Positions 34,029 to 38,283 of a stretch of 38,283 nucleotides of DNA are shown piece after piece (within the stretch, counting starts at the first letter, position 1; every line of letters starts with the position of its first letter). The notes beneath the pieces are model-generated. The model was not told where the DNA came from, did not search any database, and saw only the letters and a list, made by a program, of their open reading frames with translations. Source of the stretch: an uncultured Victivallales bacterium (GTDB lineage: Bacteria > Verrucomicrobiota > Lentisphaeria > Victivallales > JAADHT01); contig CAZANS010000001.1 in the NCBI GenBank assembly GCA_964486565.1, positions 1 to 38,283 on the forward strand. Reading direction: 5' to 3'. The position numbers were made by a program, and so were the translations under genes.

Positions 34029-34997
34029 CTATACCTTGAAAAGGGATGACACCGAAGCTCCCTCATGAATGTATCGGATGGCCTTTGCCATTATATCGGC
34101 TATGCTGAGAACCTTTATGCGCCCGCCGCAGTCGTCTTCTACGGGGACTGCGTTTGTTGTGATAAGTTTTGCTATCGGACTGTCAAGCAGCCTCTTCCTC
34201 CCGTCATCGGTCAGCAGGCAATGCGTGACAACCGCGAAGACCTCCTTCGCGCCGCTGGACTTCAGCAGTCTCGCCCCGGCCACGAGCGTGCCCGCCGTTG
34301 TCGTCATGTCGTCCGCAAGGATGCATGTCCTGTCCTTGACCTCCCCGACAAGATGCGAGGATTCCACGCTGGTGGCGTCAAGCCTGCGCTTGGCTACCAC
34401 CGCAAGACCCGCCCCGAGCATGTCAGCATAGGCATGCGCCATCTTGACCCCCCCTGAGTCTGTGGCCACTACCACGAGATTGTCCCCGGCATACTCCTTT
34501 AGATAGGGAACTATAACGGGAGACCCGTAGAGGTGATCCACGGGGATGTCGAAGAATCCCTGGATCTGCTGGGCGTGAAGATCCATGGTCAGGACTCTTG
34601 AAGCACCGGCCACGGTTATCAGGTTCGCCACAAGCTTTGCTGTTATCGGGACACGCGGCTGATCCTTCCTGTCCTGGCGCGCATAGGCGAAGTAGGGTAT
34701 CACAGCAGTAATCCTCGCAGCCGAAGCACGCTTCGCCGCGTCTATCATTATCAGCAGCTCCATCAAGGAATCGTTGGTGGGCTTGGATATAGGCTGGATA
34801 AGGAAGATGTCCGAGTTCCTGATGTTCTGGCAGAACTTGACGAATATCTCGCCGTCGGGGAAGCGCCTGTTCTCCACCATCCCAAGCGGGACGTTCAGCT
34901 TCAATGCTATCTCCTCGGCCAGCCTCAGGTTCGCGCTGCCCGAAAAGACAAAAAGCTCTTTTGACAAATCCATAGCCAAACTGCCGCTCCGATTCAT
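34029..34997 (-). CDS. prs: Ribose-phosphate pyrophosphokinase
   Basis: Contains LF.GS.N..LA..IA..L, RF.DGE..V, YARQDRK and DLHA.QIQGFF..PVD.L, plus the PRPP loop ILADDM..T(A)GT. An alternative start lies at 34973 (MDLSKELFVF...). Confidence 0.95.
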   Translation of the reverse strand: MNRSGSLAMDLSKELFVFSGSANLRLAEEIALKLNVPLGMVENRRFPDGEIFVKFCQNIRNSDIFLIQPISKPTNDSLMELLIMIDAAKRASAARITAVIPYFAYARQDRKDQPRVPITAKLVANLITVAGASRVLTMDLHAQQIQGFFDIPVDHLYGSPVIVPYLKEYAGDNLVVVATDSGGVKMAHAYADMLGAGLAVVAKRRLDATSVESSHLVGEVKDRTCILADDMTTTAGTLVAGARLLKSSGAKEVFAVVTHCLLTDDGRKRLLDSPIAKLITTNAVPVEDDCGGRIKVLSIADIMAKAIRYIHEGASVSSLFKV

Positions 34998-35180
34998 TGG
35001 GGAGAACGTCGCCGTTCCCTCGGTTCATTGCGCGCAGGCTCCATGCATGCGCTAGACCCAACCATCAGCCCCGATCCCGTATCCCATGCCACGGAAAAGG
35101 AGCCTTAAACTACAGGGGCTCTTCAAACTTACAATCATGAAATTAAAAAAAAACAGTTTTTTTGTCCCAGGAGCAATTTT

Positions 35181-35230
35181 CCACGCCTGCGCTCCCAACG
35201 CGGTTCATGCGGAGTATTGAAACTGACTCC
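35181..35230 (+). repeat. Interspersed repeat family R2, module B, second copy
   Basis: ccacgcctgcgctcccaacgcggttcatgcggagtattgaaactgactcc, immediately downstream (on the minus strand) of the kinase stop codon. It matches 18262-18311. Confidence 0.8.
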
Positions 35231-35234
35231 CAGC

Positions 35235-38117
35235 TCATCCGCCGCCCTTTGCCAAGCCCTCCGCCCATTTTCCCCATTTTGCCGCGTCGTCGCCATAGTC
35301 ACGGCCGCTGATTTCTCTGAGGCTCCCGAGCACAGCTTCCTTGACGTTTTGATTTTGAGAGGCGAGGAAGTGGATCAGGAAGGGTGCGGCATCCTCTCCG
35401 AAAGCGGCCATTGAATGGACGCATTGCCTCGCGGCGGGGATACTTGTGTTCTCTGTCTTCTGAAGCAGATTTTTCAGTAGCGGGAGTGCTTTTGACGGGG
35501 CAGTGAGTGGCAGCATCTCGGCGATCCTTTGGATCACCCGCATGTTGCTCTCTGTCTGTGCGATTGAGCTGACGGCATTGTATCCTGAAGGGTCGCCGAC
35601 ACCGGTGATTATGAATACCGCCGCCTCCCGGACGTGGGGGCGGGTGTCGGAAAGCAAGGCGGATATTTCCGAGGTCTCAGGCTTGCGCTTGTCAGCAAGC
35701 AGAACGATCGAACGTGCGCAGACTCCGACAAAATCCGGATCCTGGTCCTTCAATCCGGCGACAAGCAGGGACACCGCGTCGCCGTCACCGAGCTGCCCCA
35801 AGTCGTAGGCTGCGGCGATCCTCGACTCGACCGAGGCCCCTTTCAGGCGCGCCGCGATCGTCTCGACAGGCCTTTCCTGCCTGACCTCCGACCCGTCCAA
35901 CTCGCGGGTCATCTCCATCAAACGCTGCTGATGTTGGGCATGTGCCGAAATCACGTCCCCGAGCTGCGAGGTCACCGTGGCGGCCTTGGCCTTTATTCCA
36001 TACAAATCGAATATGCTGGTTTTGTCACGCGATGCCTGAAGCGCCTCCCTGGCCGCGGCACTGACCTTCTCGTCGGCATCCCCGTAAAGTCTGATTATAG
36101 TGTTCATCTGCGGCGAGGCGAGTGTGACTTTCGTCCCGCAGGTGCCCAGCCCCGCCGCACGCAGGTCGGGGTCCTCCTGCTTGTCGGTGGCCATCTTTAT
36201 AAGCTTGTCCATAGCCTCAGGCACCCATACGTCGGCGAGTGAACGCAGAGCTCCTATGCGGAGGTCGCGGGGCTCGGCCTTGTTCTCGGCGACCTTGAGC
36301 AATGCCTCTCCGGCTGCTTTCCTGTCGGCTCCCTCGAGCGCCCCGACCGAACGCAGGGCCGAAAGGACAGACATACGGCTCCTTTCAGACCGCGAGCTGT
36401 CGCCAAAAACCTCGGGAAGAGCATTTACAAAGCCTGTGTCCCCTGTCTGCTCGATCAGCAGGCAGGCCTGCGATACAACCTTGTCATCGCTCGATCCCAG
36501 GCAATATACCAGAAGAGGGGAAAGCTTCTTCCTGTCCTTCTCAGAGGAAAGTTTGCCGTCCTTATATCTTGCAGACATCTGAGTTATAATCGAGACTTGC
36601 CTTTCAGGACGGTTGCTCCTTATCTCAATCTCGGCATCGTCAAGAAAGCCTGCGGTGAAGAACAGATACCACAAGGCGACAAGGATCCCCGCAAGAGCGA
36701 AAGGCATCGCCATGACCGTGCCGAGCAACACTGGCTTCCTGCGCAGCTTGCGCCATACAGTCCGAAATGCCGGCTGTCCCTTGGCCGCCACCTTCGCCCC
36801 ATGCAGGCAGGCATCCAGATCCGCCACCAGTTCCGGCATGCTCTGGTAGCGGTTGCCAGGTTCCTTCTCCATGCATTTCAGGATGATGTTCTCCAAGTCC
36901 TTGCTAATGGTGTCAGGCGCGAGTTTCCGAGGGGGTATCGGGTCGTCGAAGACAACCTTCCTCACAGTCTCCACTACAGTGTTGCCCTGGAAGGGCTGCT
37001 CACCCGTCACAGCCTCGAAAAGAACGACACCGATGCTGTATATGTCCGACCTGGGGTCTATGTCGTGAATGAGGCCCCTTGCCTGCTCCGGGCTCATGTA
37101 GGCAGGAGAGCCCATCATCATCCCTGTCATCGAGAGCATGGTGTTGCTGTCAAGATCCTTGGCCAAGCCGAAGTCTGTCAGCATAGCCCTTTTGTTCTGC
37201 ACGTCGTAGATTATGTTTGCGGGCTTGATGTCCCTGTGGACTATCCCCGAATCGTGTGCCACGGACAACGCCGAGGCGATGTCGCGGATATGCCCAAGCA
37301 TCTCATCGTGAGCCATCCATTTCCCCGCTATGATCTTGTCGAATGACGGGCCGGCGATGAAATCCATCGTAAAGTAGTACTGCCCCTTGATCTGGCCTAC
37401 ATCGTGGATAGGAATGACATTCGGGTGGTTTAGCTGCGCGGTGGAACGTGCCTCCCTCATGAACCTCTTGAGCAGATCCTCGGAGGCATCCTCCCCGGCT
37501 ATTAGAATCTTAAGGGCTAGCGTCCTGCCAAGCTCTTTGTCCTCGACCTTGTAGACGATCCCCATGCCGCCCCGGGCGATCTCCTCCAGAATGGTGTACC
37601 TGCCGAAAGTCTTGGACGATATTCCCGTGGCCTTATTGTACTCCGCGGGGTCTTCCTCCCATGGGCTGGGGGATGCCTGCAGCTCAAGTGATTTTTTGGA
37701 ATCCTTCCCCTTCAGTTTCTCGAGAAGGATCGTCTCTCCGGCATTGGACGAAGGCTCCCCGGGGTCGGGAGTACCTGGACTATCCTCTTCCTCCACCACA
37801 GGCGCGTTGCCGACATCCGTCGAATCCACCTCCATCTCCCCAGTCGGCTCCTCGGCGTCAGCCTCAGGCCTGTCAGGATTGTCATAGTCCTGATTCAAAA
37901 CCACAACCTGCCAGTCGCACTTGGGGCAGTGCGGATACTCGGAGCAGTCAACGTCAACGACTTTTTTGCGAAATTCGCAAATGCAGCATCCGATTTCAAG
38001 CTGCCCTGGCACTGTCAGATCGGCGCCGCAGTCGGAACATGGGGGCAACCCGTTCAGCGCGACAGTGTCCTCTGTCTCGAATATCTGCCCACATCCTGTG
38101 CATCGCAGTGTTGTCAT
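35235..38117 (-). CDS. Ser/Thr protein kinase: two N-terminal zinc ribbons, a Hanks kinase domain, one TM helix, and a roughly 470-aa HEAT/armadillo-like repeat region
   Basis: Kinase motifs GRYTILEEIARGGMGIVYK, ALKIL, HRDIKPANI, DFGLAK and GSPAYMSPEQ. Zinc ribbons CTGCGQ...CSDCG and CCICEF...CPKCDW. TM helix VLLGTVMAMPFALAGILVALWYLFF. The C-terminal repeats contain D..VR..A..AL-type helices. I use the ATG at 38115-38117, 7 nt after the upstream permease stop; the track start at 38156 would overlap that gene. Confidence 0.9.
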   Translation of the reverse strand: MTTLRCTGCGQIFETEDTVALNGLPPCSDCGADLTVPGQLEIGCCICEFRKKVVDVDCSEYPHCPKCDWQVVVLNQDYDNPDRPEADAEEPTGEMEVDSTDVGNAPVVEEEDSPGTPDPGEPSSNAGETILLEKLKGKDSKKSLELQASPSPWEEDPAEYNKATGISSKTFGRYTILEEIARGGMGIVYKVEDKELGRTLALKILIAGEDASEDLLKRFMREARSTAQLNHPNVIPIHDVGQIKGQYYFTMDFIAGPSFDKIIAGKWMAHDEMLGHIRDIASALSVAHDSGIVHRDIKPANIIYDVQNKRAMLTDFGLAKDLDSNTMLSMTGMMMGSPAYMSPEQARGLIHDIDPRSDIYSIGVVLFEAVTGEQPFQGNTVVETVRKVVFDDPIPPRKLAPDTISKDLENIILKCMEKEPGNRYQSMPELVADLDACLHGAKVAAKGQPAFRTVWRKLRRKPVLLGTVMAMPFALAGILVALWYLFFTAGFLDDAEIEIRSNRPERQVSIITQMSARYKDGKLSSEKDRKKLSPLLVYCLGSSDDKVVSQACLLIEQTGDTGFVNALPEVFGDSSRSERSRMSVLSALRSVGALEGADRKAAGEALLKVAENKAEPRDLRIGALRSLADVWVPEAMDKLIKMATDKQEDPDLRAAGLGTCGTKVTLASPQMNTIIRLYGDADEKVSAAAREALQASRDKTSIFDLYGIKAKAATVTSQLGDVISAHAQHQQRLMEMTRELDGSEVRQERPVETIAARLKGASVESRIAAAYDLGQLGDGDAVSLLVAGLKDQDPDFVGVCARSIVLLADKRKPETSEISALLSDTRPHVREAAVFIITGVGDPSGYNAVSSIAQTESNMRVIQRIAEMLPLTAPSKALPLLKNLLQKTENTSIPAARQCVHSMAAFGEDAAPFLIHFLASQNQNVKEAVLGSLREISGRDYGDDAAKWGKWAEGLAKGGG
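37966..37980. repeat. Iterated near-palindrome TGCGAAWTTCGCA, exact copy 4
   Basis: ttgcgaaattcgcaa (perfect 7-1-7), inside the kinase zinc-ribbon region, read as C-E-F-R-K. Confidence 0.85.
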
Positions 38118-38124
38118 AATAATT

Positions 38125-38283
38125 TCACCTTGCCTCGAAAGATATCCTCGGGTCAACCAGGACGTAAAGGAAGTCAGAGACCATTATCCCTGCCAGCGTG
38201 AGAAAGCCCCCGAAACCGAAGAGCGCCATCAGCAAAGGGATGTCCCTGCTGCTCAGGGCCTCCATGGAAAGCGTACCCATCCC
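38125..38283 (-). CDS. ABC transporter permease (Opp/Dpp BC-type), C-terminal fragment; the gene continues beyond the window
   Basis: Hand translation of the reverse complement gives GMGTLSMEALSSRDIPLLMALFGFGGFLTLAGIMVSDFLYVLVDPRISFEAR*. The ending (D..Y...DPRI) is characteristic of OppB/DppB-type permeases. TGA at 38125-38127. Confidence 0.75.
   Translation of the reverse strand, partial: GMGTLSMEALSSRDIPLLMALFGFGGFLTLAGIMVSDFLYVLVDPRISFEAR

Noticed and set aside
35145-35163. A9-CAG-T7 self-complementary tract between the kinase and prs
   Set aside because: It could be a bidirectional terminator element, but a pure A/T stem is too weak. More likely it is just an AT-rich promoter-region spacer for prs.

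Overview
This is a chromosomal window of mostly housekeeping genes from a Gram-negative-type bacterium (Pal and LptF/G are present). It looks GC-rich by eye, with a few sharply AT-rich patches; I did not compute GC content. All calls come from reading the ORF track and the DNA by eye, with no searches or computed alignments.

**Core genes**
- dapA 3' end.
- A ribosomal/RNAP cluster on the minus strand: rpmJ-rpsM-rpsK-rpoA-rplQ. rpmJ is below the ORF-track size cutoff and was found by hand.
- An FAH-family hydrolase, a family-4 uracil-DNA glycosylase, an orphan BatB-like VWA-TPR protein, and recN preceded by an M48 peptidase.
- A URO-D-family gene paired with an AraC-like gene, class II fba, lptF/G, thrC, pal, ilvE and larB.
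- A second minus-strand translation/replication block: prs-rplY-pth-rpsF-ssb-rpsR-rplI-dnaB.
- A 960-aa Ser/Thr kinase with zinc ribbons and HEAT repeats, lying directly behind the 3' end of an Opp/Dpp-type ABC permease.

**Most interesting items**
1. A six-gene minus-strand operon (12503 to 7420) made almost entirely of uncharacterised integral membrane proteins plus one winged-helix regulator. Three consecutive ATGA start/stop overlaps link its genes. A perfect 7-3-7 inverted repeat sits on the predicted -35, and the first gene carries a homopolymer frameshift.
2. A strongly over-represented near-palindrome, TGCGAAWTTCGCA, with 4 exact copies plus 3 close variants. It occurs in intergenic DNA and inside genes in different reading frames.
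3. Three short interspersed repeat families at convergent gene ends. Some supply the C-terminal codons of real genes, and one sits in-frame inside an ORF that is ATGA-coupled to both the M48 peptidase and recN.
4. Several decayed mobile or accessory fragments: an IS30-like miniature element, an IS4-family fragment abutting a PIN fragment, and an IS1634-like fragment next to a radical-SAM SPASM remnant.

I saw no rRNA, tRNA or CRISPR array.
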